From IMG/VR virus record IMGVR_UViG_3300040801_004114: a stretch of 64,000 nt of DNA; one strand, given 5' to 3'. The notes beneath the pieces are model-generated. The model did not search any database. It saw only the letters and a list, made by a program, of their open reading frames with translations, and was not told the origin of the DNA. Numbering within the stretch: position 1 is the stretch's first letter; the number at the start of each line of letters is the position of its first letter. The position numbers and the translations under genes were made by a program. The stretch is from a virus. Below are positions 18,286 to 25,706 of the stretch, piece after piece.

Positions 18286-18795
18286 TTATTTATTAATTTT
18301 ATTTATAATCGGTAAATAGTATTCTGGATTACCGTAATAAAGATGTTTTAAGGCTTCATAAAACTCAACAATAGAATTATGATCAGTAAATGCTTTTTTA
18401 GGTAAATGAAATGTATACTTCTGTTTGTAATCGAAATTGATTTCATCACCATCTTTATAAAATCTAACCAATGAATTAAGTATAGTTCTTGATTTATCGG
18501 CTGAACAACTTCTACCCTCTTTTTTTACAATAACCTTTTTAAAGTGATTATCTATAAAATTATGATTCTGGTATATGAATTTAACATCATCATTTTTGCT
18601 TAATTTATGAGAAAGCAATCCATCAATAAACATTTCATGTGGATAAATGGCTGTTATATGAAAATCTTCTGGGTTACCCAAATCAGGTAATAACCTATCG
18701 CTGTATAACTCTTTAAAGAGTGATATATTATCCTCGCCAATGGAGTCTGTTAACGCATCTAGCATTTTTGAAAAATCATCTTTATTTATTCCCAT
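18286..18795 (-). CDS. Hypothetical protein
   Basis: 169 aa ORF. Confidence 0.7.
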   Translation of the reverse strand: MGINKDDFSKMLDALTDSIGEDNISLFKELYSDRLLPDLGNPEDFHITAIYPHEMFIDGLLSHKLSKNDDVKFIYQNHNFIDNHFKKVIVKKEGRSCSADKSRTILNSLVRFYKDGDEINFDYKQKYTFHLPKKAFTDHNSIVEFYEALKHLYYGNPEYYLPIINKINK

Positions 18796-19135
18796 TTAAT
18801 TTGTCTTTTATGTAGTTACCGAATGTATCTTGAACTAGGATAGCTTCTTTTACACTTAGATTATGTGAACCTGTTCCAGTTAAGTTTCCCCAACCCCTTA
18901 TTAATATTAAATTATTTTTTTCACCATCGATTATATATCCATCCTCATATACAAATGGTGTACTACCTTTTTGTGTATATGCTTCACCATTTAACAAGCC
19001 TATTATCTTTTTACATAACTTTGTGTGTTCAATTGTAAATTGAAACACAAAATTATCATTCGAATCCCACACCCATCCGATGCTATCATCTAACCGTAAA
19101 GGTAATTTATAAATGTCTTTCCAATCTTTTATCAT
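18782..19135 (-). CDS. Hypothetical phage protein
   Basis: 117 aa; LILIRGWGNLTGTG. Confidence 0.7.
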   Translation of the reverse strand: MIKDWKDIYKLPLRLDDSIGWVWDSNDNFVFQFTIEHTKLCKKIIGLLNGEAYTQKGSTPFVYEDGYIIDGEKNNLILIRGWGNLTGTGSHNLSVKEAILVQDTFGNYIKDKLNGNK

Positions 19136-19278
19136 AGTTTATCATTTAAATCTTTCAATATTTCACTAGTTTTATAATATCTAAGTTTTTTCTTAATTCG
19201 ATAGGATATTTCTTCCCTCCAATCCTCATAACTCATTATATTAGCTAATTGATATATTTCTTTTAATGTGTTTCTCAT
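19132..19278 (-). CDS. Small hypothetical protein (48 aa)
   Basis: Manual translation MRNTLKEIY...KKLRYYKTSEILKDLNDKL; ATGA-type overlaps on both sides. Confidence 0.6.
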   Translation of the reverse strand: MRNTLKEIYQLANIMSYEDWREEISYRIKKKLRYYKTSEILKDLNDKL

Positions 19279-19577
19279 AATCTTATAAGGGGTGTTATTA
19301 GCTGATCATTATGGTCTTTTACCTTTTCATATACATGTGCTATAACAAAGCAAGGCTCTGGTATTGGGTCACTACTTATAGTACCTCTTAACAAATGTAT
19401 TTCATATAATGTTTCCTCTTTTGGTGTAAAATCACCATCATTATCTATAGCATCAAAAGCTAGCTGTACATCATGTGTCAGGGAAAAACTATCGTTTATA
19501 ACACCAACTATGTCCAAATGATAACCATCTGTATAAGGATCTGTTCCGCTTTCAAGCCATAAATTAACAACAACCAT
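19275..19577 (-). CDS. Hypothetical protein
   Basis: 100 aa; TACATTTG at 19591-19598. Confidence 0.65.
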   Translation of the reverse strand: MVVVNLWLESGTDPYTDGYHLDIVGVINDSFSLTHDVQLAFDAIDNDGDFTPKEETLYEIHLLRGTISSDPIPEPCFVIAHVYEKVKDHNDQLITPLIRL

Positions 19578-19610
19578 AATATTATTTTTACAAATGTAAA
19601 TAAAAATATC

Positions 19611-19618
19611 TATATTTG
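19611..19618 (+). promoter_or_regulatory. Bacteroidota sigma -7 element TAnnTTTG (divergent partner at 19591-19598, minus strand)
   Basis: TATATTTG upstream of 19637. Confidence 0.6.
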
Positions 19619-19636
19619 CTACTAAATATATAATAA

Positions 19637-19867
19637 ATGTTTGATTTTAATGAAATTATAAAAGAAGAAATTCATCCAGATTATAGAAAGTCTGCTAAAG
19701 AAATAATAGATAATGTCTATCAGTTAGATAATAGTGGTGAACTACTGACAGAATTAAAAAAATATTATTTAGAAGATAAAGGTAATATATTTTGTCTACA
19801 TTTAGACCACATAAAATCATTATTAATCGATAAAGGCATAATTGATCCTCAAAAAAATAGATTTTAA
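19637..19867 (+). CDS. Hypothetical protein
   Basis: 76 aa; TATATTTG at 19611. Confidence 0.65.
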   Translation: MFDFNEIIKEEIHPDYRKSAKEIIDNVYQLDNSGELLTELKKYYLEDKGNIFCLHLDHIKSLLIDKGIIDPQKNRF

Positions 19868-19868
19868 T

Positions 19869-20048
19869 ATGGGAAAAATAATTAATTTTTTATGGGTTTG
19901 GATAATACCTATTGGGTTTGTAAAATTACTAGCGAAGCTAAATGACAATTTATTTACTAAAGATTCAATTGGTGAACAATCCTATTGGAGAGTATCTGAG
20001 TGTAAAGGTAAAAAGAAAGGTGCTAATATTCTAATTCGAAGATCTTAG
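19869..20048 (+). CDS. Small hypothetical protein
   Basis: ORF 19842..20048; ATG at 19869 follows the previous stop. Confidence 0.5.
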   Translation: MGKIINFLWVWIIPIGFVKLLAKLNDNLFTKDSIGEQSYWRVSECKGKKKGANILIRRS

Positions 20049-20111
20049 AATTTTTTAAAATAATGTTTGTATATCACAATAATTGCTTACTTTTGTAAAA
20101 AATAATAATTG

Positions 20112-20318
20112 ATGGATGTAATTGATACCGATGATAATGTTTATATAATGTTTCTTTTTGATAAACAAAAAAATAAACCTAATGCATATAAAGATGTAAA
20201 TGAGTTTAAAGAAGATGAAAGTGCAGTATTTGATTTGCATGAAGAGTACTACGAAGATTGGTGGCAAGTTATGGATAGGTGTAGAAAAATTGAAAATATT
20301 TTTAAAATAAAAAAATAA
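20112..20318 (+). CDS. Hypothetical protein (C-terminal RxxK-like tail)
   Basis: Ends DRCRKIENIFKIKK; TACTTTTG at 20088. Confidence 0.6.
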   Translation: MDVIDTDDNVYIMFLFDKQKNKPNAYKDVNEFKEDESAVFDLHEEYYEDWWQVMDRCRKIENIFKIKK

Positions 20319-20389
20319 AATCTTGATTTATAAGGTTTTGTAATATTTTTTTATATATTTGCATATTATTAATCATTAAAACAGTTAAA

Positions 20390-20530
20390 ATGAGTGATTC
20401 AATCGAAAAAATCGAAAAGAGAATTAGCTTTCTAAAGCACATGAAGAAAGAAAACAAAATCAAATTCGTAGATCCTTTAATCAAAAGGAACGAAAGTGAA
20501 TTATCATTATTCAAAAGGCTAAAGTTATAG
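20390..20530 (+). CDS. Small hypothetical protein (46 aa)
   Basis: Manual translation MSDSIEKIEKRISFLK...; TATATTTG at 20354. Confidence 0.55.
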   Translation: MSDSIEKIEKRISFLKHMKKENKIKFVDPLIKRNESELSLFKRLKL

Positions 20531-20532
20531 TT

Positions 20533-20982
20533 ATGGATAAGCCAGTATCATTTAGGGTAGCTAAGTTAGCTAAAATAAAAGAATATAGGGAAACATGTTA
20601 TTCAGCATATTCTATATGGAGAGATAATATCCGAAGGGCTAGTACTGAAGAACAGGCTCTTGAGAGTTATGAGTTAGAACGTGAACCATCTTATCCTGGT
20701 AATGAAGGTTATTATACTATTAAAGAACATTTTCAAGGTCCTGATTATACATTAGCACCAACTAGTGGTGATTTAAGGGTATGGTTATGGGAAAAATTTG
20801 GTATTATAGTAAGTGTTGATTTCAAAACAAAATGGACTTTTTTCTCTACGGTTAAATTTGTACATAATGATGAGGTTGTATCATTCGAGACCGAAACTTA
20901 CAATAGCAAAAAAGAAGCAGAAGAAGAAGGATTTATCTTAGCTTTAAATAAATTAATTTTAGAGCCAAATCCAGAAGGATAG
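20533..20982 (+). CDS. Hypothetical protein of a type I associate with Bacteroidota phages
   Basis: VSFRVAKLAK...APT..DL..WL...EAEEEG..LAL pattern. Confidence 0.75.
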   Translation: MDKPVSFRVAKLAKIKEYRETCYSAYSIWRDNIRRASTEEQALESYELEREPSYPGNEGYYTIKEHFQGPDYTLAPTSGDLRVWLWEKFGIIVSVDFKTKWTFFSTVKFVHNDEVVSFETETYNSKKEAEEEGFILALNKLILEPNPEG

Positions 20983-21006
20983 TATTAAATTTTTATACTA
21001 AATATT

Positions 21007-21041
21007 AGACCGATATAGTTTGTAAATAATTATATCGGTCT
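21007..21041 (+). terminator. Intrinsic terminator
   Basis: AGACCGATATA...TATATCGGTCT 11-bp inverted repeat after 20533..20982. Confidence 0.65.
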
Positions 21042-21175
21042 TAATTTTAACAAAATTTTAACAAAAAAGATGCAGCATAATGATATATAAAATTAAAATA
21101 TATAAATTTTTGTTTCTTAACCCTTTCTTAATATAATAATAGATAACTTTATAAAACCGTTTAATATATAACCAC

Positions 21176-21286
21176 ATGGAAATATTATTCTCTATATTTA
21201 TTTTTATTTTAGCTTTCGTTTTAGAGAGTGTTCTACCTTATAAAAAAATTTCCAATCGTATAAAAACCAAATTTTATAAAAAATAA
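21176..21286 (+). CDS. Small single-TM peptide (36 aa)
   Basis: MEILFSIFIFILAFVLESVLPYKKISNRIKTKFYKK; TTAATATATA 5 nt upstream. Confidence 0.5.
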   Translation: MEILFSIFIFILAFVLESVLPYKKISNRIKTKFYKK

Positions 21287-21301
21287 TGTGTGATTTTATT
21301 T

Positions 21302-21311
21302 TTAATATATA
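21302..21311 (+). promoter_or_regulatory. Putative phage late promoter TTAATATATA
   Basis: Upstream of 21329. Confidence 0.55.
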
Positions 21312-21328
21312 AATAAAAATAGCATATT

Positions 21329-21631
21329 ATGATATCCAGATTCAATAATTTTATAAAAGAGCAGAATTCTTTTAACCAAGAAATAAAGATAACAGTTGAA
21401 GATTTTGTTGAATTAAATAGTGCTATAAAAAGAGAAATTGATGAAGATTTCCCATTCATAAAAGATTATCTTCCTAATGGTAATAAAGAGGAAGCTAGAA
21501 TGTATCTAAAACCACTTGATGTAGATACTAATATATTAGAAATAAATACAGTACAATGTAGATTTATAGGCTCTATAATAGATATAGATGACTGTGATAA
21601 AAGAACTACATTAATAATAAAAAACAGATAA
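21329..21631 (+). CDS. Hypothetical protein with capsid-targeting-like N-terminus
   Basis: MISRFNNFIKE; late-type motif at 21302-21311. Confidence 0.7.
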   Translation: MISRFNNFIKEQNSFNQEIKITVEDFVELNSAIKREIDEDFPFIKDYLPNGNKEEARMYLKPLDVDTNILEINTVQCRFIGSIIDIDDCDKRTTLIIKNR

Positions 21632-22161
21632 TGGAATATATAAAAAAATTTGAAAGCTTTTCTAATACACTTAATCCATTTGACATGGATGATATATACA
21701 ACTATGTTGAATTTAACCATCCTCTTTATTGTATATTGAGTAAAAGTAGATCAGCAAAATTACTTATGATGTCACCAAAGAAGTACTTTGAGATAATATC
21801 CAAAAACTTTAACATGAGTTATGAAGATTCTATAAACTCTGGTGCGGTATCTAAAGACCTTTATATGAAATATGCAGAAGATATGAAAAAAGGGGATAAA
21901 TTCCCAGTTCCATATTATAGAGAAGGAACTTCATTACAAGAAGGTAGACATAGGGTATTAGCTTGTATGGAATTAGGAATTGAAGAAATTCCTGTCATAG
22001 AGTTTTTTGAATTAGCATATGATGAGGTAAAAGAAATAGCATATGATTTAAAAAATAAAACAGATGCTGAAATTAAAAAATATCTTTTATCTAAAGGGTT
22101 CGATAATTTCACAGATCTAGATAAGAGAGAACTTTCAAATGTTTTCAAATATAAATTCTAA
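21631..22161 (+). CDS. ParB/Sulfiredoxin-like domain protein
   Basis: YAEDMKKGDKFPVP...QEGRHRVLACMELGIEEIPV; N-terminus MEYIKKFESF. Confidence 0.6.
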   Translation: MEYIKKFESFSNTLNPFDMDDIYNYVEFNHPLYCILSKSRSAKLLMMSPKKYFEIISKNFNMSYEDSINSGAVSKDLYMKYAEDMKKGDKFPVPYYREGTSLQEGRHRVLACMELGIEEIPVIEFFELAYDEVKEIAYDLKNKTDAEIKKYLLSKGFDNFTDLDKRELSNVFKYKF

Positions 22162-22189
22162 ATTCTTTTTTTATTATCTAATATTTGTT

Positions 22190-22197
22190 TATATTTG
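22190..22197 (+). promoter_or_regulatory. Bacteroidota sigma -7 element heading the 22.2-27.3 kb operon
   Basis: TATATTTG upstream of 22216. Confidence 0.6.
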
Positions 22198-22215
22198 ACC
22201 TTTAAATAATAAATT

Positions 22216-22503
22216 ATGAGAAATAAAAAAACACAAAGAGGATTTTCTTACTCAGAATTCGAAGATAGCTATGGTGAGAAGTGCATTCTTCAAAAATCTA
22301 GCTCAGCTATGGAAGATAAAATTTGGTTTGGTATATCTAATCCAAAGCTAACAGTATTTAAAGATAAATCAAAGGGACAATATATCGTTTCTGATATGCC
22401 AGATAATTTTTCGGTCAATTCTAAAATGCATTTGACTAGAGATCAAGTCAAAGACCTTTTACCTTATTTACAAAAATTTGTTGAAACAGGGGAACTAGAA
22501 TGA
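22216..22503 (+). CDS. Hypothetical phage protein
   Basis: TQRGF...FEDSYG..C.LQKSS.A....IWFG...MHLTRDQVKDLLP.LQKFVETGEL. Confidence 0.75.
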   Translation: MRNKKTQRGFSYSEFEDSYGEKCILQKSSSAMEDKIWFGISNPKLTVFKDKSKGQYIVSDMPDNFSVNSKMHLTRDQVKDLLPYLQKFVETGELE

Positions 22504-22661
22504 AAAATAATACTTACATATTATTATCCATCTTATCATTTTTAATGGTAGTGATATCTTATTTTTTAATTGAAGATTTCAATAATGAATATAATGTTTT
22601 TACAACTAGTATTTTACTAGCTTTTTCTTTAGTGTCATTTTTAAAATATATCGAAAAATGA
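22500..22661 (+). CDS. Small two-TM protein (53 aa)
   Basis: Manual translation; ATGA overlaps with both neighbours. Confidence 0.55.
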   Translation: MKNNTYILLSILSFLMVVISYFLIEDFNNEYNVFTTSILLAFSLVSFLKYIEK

Positions 22662-22879
22662 AAGAAGGCGATATTTTAGTATGTACAAAAGAGTTCGAAG
22701 GATTTCCTAACATTTCCTACAAGAAAAAATATAAGTATTTGGAAAAAATTGAAATTAATAATAGAATATTATATCTAGTAGAAGATTTAAGAACAAACCT
22801 TCCGCTATATGGTTTTAAATACCAGTTTATAACTCTGAGAGCTTACAGAGATTTTAAATTAAAACAAATTGAAAATTAA
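22658..22879 (+). CDS. Hypothetical protein (C-terminal RxxKL tail)
   Basis: Ends RAYRDFKLKQIEN. Confidence 0.7.
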   Translation: MKEGDILVCTKEFEGFPNISYKKKYKYLEKIEINNRILYLVEDLRTNLPLYGFKYQFITLRAYRDFKLKQIEN

Positions 22880-23087
22880 TGATATAATAGGTATGCCTAA
22901 TATAAATTATCTTTCTAAAAAAGGTTTCAAGGATGATAGACATTATTTATCTAATCAGAAATTATTTATACTAGATACTTTTTGTGAAAAGGCGGGAATA
23001 TCATATGATGATATTGAAGAACATGATGTAAATTGGCTAAAGAATAAAATAAGACAATATAAATTAAAAACATTAGAAAATGAATAA
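22869..23087 (+). CDS. W-x-K-x-KIRQ family paralog 1
   Basis: Ends DVNWLKNKIRQYKLKTLENE. Confidence 0.7.
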   Translation: MKINDIIGMPNINYLSKKGFKDDRHYLSNQKLFILDTFCEKAGISYDDIEEHDVNWLKNKIRQYKLKTLENE

Positions 23088-23280
23088 AGTGCATAAATAC
23101 GACATGATGTTTGATTTTGGGGATAGAAGAAAAGACAATTCTTATGAAAATGAAAAATTATTGTTAGAAGAAATGAAAAAGCTTATTGGTGTTGATGATA
23201 ACGATCTAATGATTAAAAATGAGGGTTGGATCAAAAACAAAATAAGGCAATATAAATTAAACATTATAGAAAATGGATAA
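23080..23280 (+). CDS. W-x-K-x-KIRQ family paralog 2
   Basis: Ends NEGWIKNKIRQYKLNIIENG. Confidence 0.75.
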   Translation: MNKVHKYDMMFDFGDRRKDNSYENEKLLLEEMKKLIGVDDNDLMIKNEGWIKNKIRQYKLNIIENG

Positions 23281-23533
23281 AGATAATAGTGAAATTACAG
23301 GATATAATTCATGGGGTCTAAATAAAGAATTCTATGATTATTTGAGAAATAATTTAGATGAAATTGTAGAAAAAAAGGGTGTTGATAATACACATAACAA
23401 TGAAAAATTTCTATCTGATCAGTTCAAAGACCTATTGAAAATATCTGACGAAGATATGAGAGATAAGGATAAGGATTGGCTTAAAAGTAAAATAAGACAG
23501 TTCAAAATTGATATTATGTGTAATGGGGCATAA
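23273..23533 (+). CDS. W-x-K-x-KIRQ family paralog 3
   Basis: Ends DKDWLKSKIRQFKIDIMCNGA. Confidence 0.75.
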   Translation: MDKDNSEITGYNSWGLNKEFYDYLRNNLDEIVEKKGVDNTHNNEKFLSDQFKDLLKISDEDMRDKDKDWLKSKIRQFKIDIMCNGA

Positions 23534-23945
23534 TACATATACCAACATAAACATAGATAATTGGGATACTAGCAATGTTACTAACATAAAACATATGTTT
23601 TATGGGAGTAGTAAATTAAATCACAATGAAACATATATCCTTTTAAAAATATTACCTATTTTAGATTTAGATCATGATGATTTAAAATATAAGAGTACAG
23701 AATACATAAAAAGTAAAATTGATAAATTAAAAAATATGGCTTGGAACAGAGATGGTAGAATAACTTCTAGTTTAAAAAAAGACGTTTCAAACTCAGGTAT
23801 AGGAATATATGCAAAGAACAGAGATTATTTACAAGGCGAAATGTTAAATCTGTTAGATATATCTAAAGAAGATATGTGGAATAGAGACGAAGCATGGATA
23901 AAGGGTAAAATAAGAAATTTAAAATTAAAAATACTAGATAAATAA
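23523..23945 (+). CDS. W-x-K-x-KIRQ family paralog 4 (two modules plus one DUF285-like repeat)
   Basis: WDTSNVTNIKHMF; internal EYIKSKIDKLK; terminal DEAWIKGKIRNLKLKILDK; ATG 23523 follows the neighbours' overlap pattern. Confidence 0.7.
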   Translation: MGHNTYTNINIDNWDTSNVTNIKHMFYGSSKLNHNETYILLKILPILDLDHDDLKYKSTEYIKSKIDKLKNMAWNRDGRITSSLKKDVSNSGIGIYAKNRDYLQGEMLNLLDISKEDMWNRDEAWIKGKIRNLKLKILDK

Positions 23946-24223
23946 TGAAAAGAACTGTAATAGTAAATTGCCAAGTCTATAAGAAAAATACACCAGATCA
24001 AAAGTTTCCAAAATTAGAAACTACTGGTAAGGAATTCAGGATTGAACTTGATGAAGCTTTATTAGATGATGAGCCTAAAGTTAAAACAGTCTTGTCTGAA
24101 ATGGTTAGAGAGAAAAGTTCTGATATGTTCAGGTGTGAATATTTTAACCATGTTGTTCAAGACTATACAATAGAAAAATTAGGGAGTCAAAGAGACTTCA
24201 TTAACTTAAAAAATACCTTATGA
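23945..24223 (+). CDS. Hypothetical protein
   Basis: 92 aa, coupled to the Prs-like gene by a 4-nt overlap. Confidence 0.7.
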   Translation: MKRTVIVNCQVYKKNTPDQKFPKLETTGKEFRIELDEALLDDEPKVKTVLSEMVREKSSDMFRCEYFNHVVQDYTIEKLGSQRDFINLKNTL

Positions 24224-25098
24224 TTTTAAATTTAGCAAACATTGAAGATTCTGATATTGAGTATCAGCTAAACCAATTTCCAGATGGACAGCAAAGTGTT
24301 GATATAACAGGTTTACATATCGATAAAACATATGCTAAAATAAAGAGCCGCCTTAGAAATTTTGGTGATTTAGAAGTTATCATAAGTGCAACAGCTTCTC
24401 TAAGGGAATTGGGCATTGAAAAAATAGATCTATTCGTTCCATATTTTTTAGGAGCAAGGTCAGATAGGAAATTTGTAGATGGTGGATCTAATTATATCAA
24501 AGATGTTATAGCACCCATTATAAATATTCAAAATTATAATACTGTAACAGTATTAGATCCACACTCAGATGTATTAGAAGCATGTATTAAAAACTTCAAA
24601 AGTATATCCAATCAAGGCTTTGTGACTTGGGCTTTTGGTAACTTCTCTAATGATATATACTCCGAAGATATAGAAATAGTATCCCCTGATGCTGGTGCGC
24701 TTAAAAAAGTTTTTAAAAATGCTAAAGAGCTTGAACACGAAAGTGTTATTGTAGCACAAAAAGTTAGAAACCTATCAACAGGTGAAATAACGCATACTGA
24801 AGTCCCTCTGTTGGATAATGATAGAAATAAGTTCGTTATTATTGATGATATTTGTGATGGTGGAAGAACATTTATTGAAATAGCAAAAGTGATACTAGAT
24901 AAAAGACCCAAAGATAAATATGATACTAAGATATATTTGGTAGTCACACATGGTATATTTTCAAAAGGATTTAAGGAACTAAACAAATACTTTGATAAAA
25001 TATACACATCTGACAGCTATGTTGATGTTAATAGTGATTATTTTTCCTTAAGAAACGATAATAAATTACATAAAGTAAAACAATTAAAAATATTTTAA
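24220..25098 (+). CDS. prs: Ribose-phosphate pyrophosphokinase-like enzyme (candidate NARP1 Adps)
   Basis: FPDGQ, PYFLGARSDRKF, DPHS, VSPDAGA, IIDDICDGGRTF, VTHGIFSKG. Confidence 0.9.
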   Translation: MILNLANIEDSDIEYQLNQFPDGQQSVDITGLHIDKTYAKIKSRLRNFGDLEVIISATASLRELGIEKIDLFVPYFLGARSDRKFVDGGSNYIKDVIAPIINIQNYNTVTVLDPHSDVLEACIKNFKSISNQGFVTWAFGNFSNDIYSEDIEIVSPDAGALKKVFKNAKELEHESVIVAQKVRNLSTGEITHTEVPLLDNDRNKFVIIDDICDGGRTFIEIAKVILDKRPKDKYDTKIYLVVTHGIFSKGFKELNKYFDKIYTSDSYVDVNSDYFSLRNDNKLHKVKQLKIF

Positions 25099-25114
25099 TC
25101 TAAAAACAAAAAAT

Positions 25115-25366
25115 ATGAGTGGTAGTTGGTGTGGTAATGGTAACTCATTAGGTAATTTCAGTAATATTCATGGAGGAATGGGTATTGACACTTCTATAAT
25201 TAGAGATCGTAAAGAACTAGATAAACATGATAACAATAAAGATTATTTATTGAAACAATTGATGCCTATGTTGGACATATCTGACGAGGAATTAAAAGAA
25301 AAAGATGAAGATTGGATAAAATCTAAAATAAGACAATTTAAAATAAAAATGATAAATGGACAATAA
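25115..25366 (+). CDS. W-x-K-x-KIRQ family paralog 5
   Basis: Ends DEDWIKSKIRQFKIKMINGQ. Confidence 0.75.
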   Translation: MSGSWCGNGNSLGNFSNIHGGMGIDTSIIRDRKELDKHDNNKDYLLKQLMPMLDISDEELKEKDEDWIKSKIRQFKIKMINGQ

Positions 25367-25706
25367 AAGAAAAATAGTGTTTATATCTTCACCCTATTCA
25401 AATCCTGATATAGGAATCCGTGAAGAAAATTTTGCACTTGTTTCCCAATATGTTGCAGAGCTTAATTCAAAAGGAATTGTTGCATTATCACCTATAACAT
25501 ATGGACACACACTTCTAAATTTTAAAGAAATGCCTGGTGATTGGGAGTTTTGGAAAGAATTTTGCATAACTTTTTTAGAAAAGTGTGAAGAAATGATAGT
25601 TTACAAAATACCTGGTTGGAACAAATCCAGAGGTGTTAAAGAAGAAATTGAAATAGCCAAAGAGCTTGGCTTAAAAATAACATATAAAAAACCTATACAA
25701 TTATGA
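25356..25706 (+). CDS. DUF1937/nucleoside 2-deoxyribosyltransferase-like protein
   Basis: FISSPYS, SPITYGH, W...C...LEKC, GWNKSRGVKEEIEIA (G-x3-E catalytic pattern). Confidence 0.75.
   Translation: MDNKRKIVFISSPYSNPDIGIREENFALVSQYVAELNSKGIVALSPITYGHTLLNFKEMPGDWEFWKEFCITFLEKCEEMIVYKIPGWNKSRGVKEEIEIAKELGLKITYKKPIQL

Noticed and set aside
20983-21328. Long AT-rich intergenic gap as replication origin or ncRNA
   Set aside because: It is explained by a terminator hairpin, two late-type motifs and a 36-aa membrane ORF. I saw no iterons or structured GC-rich RNA.
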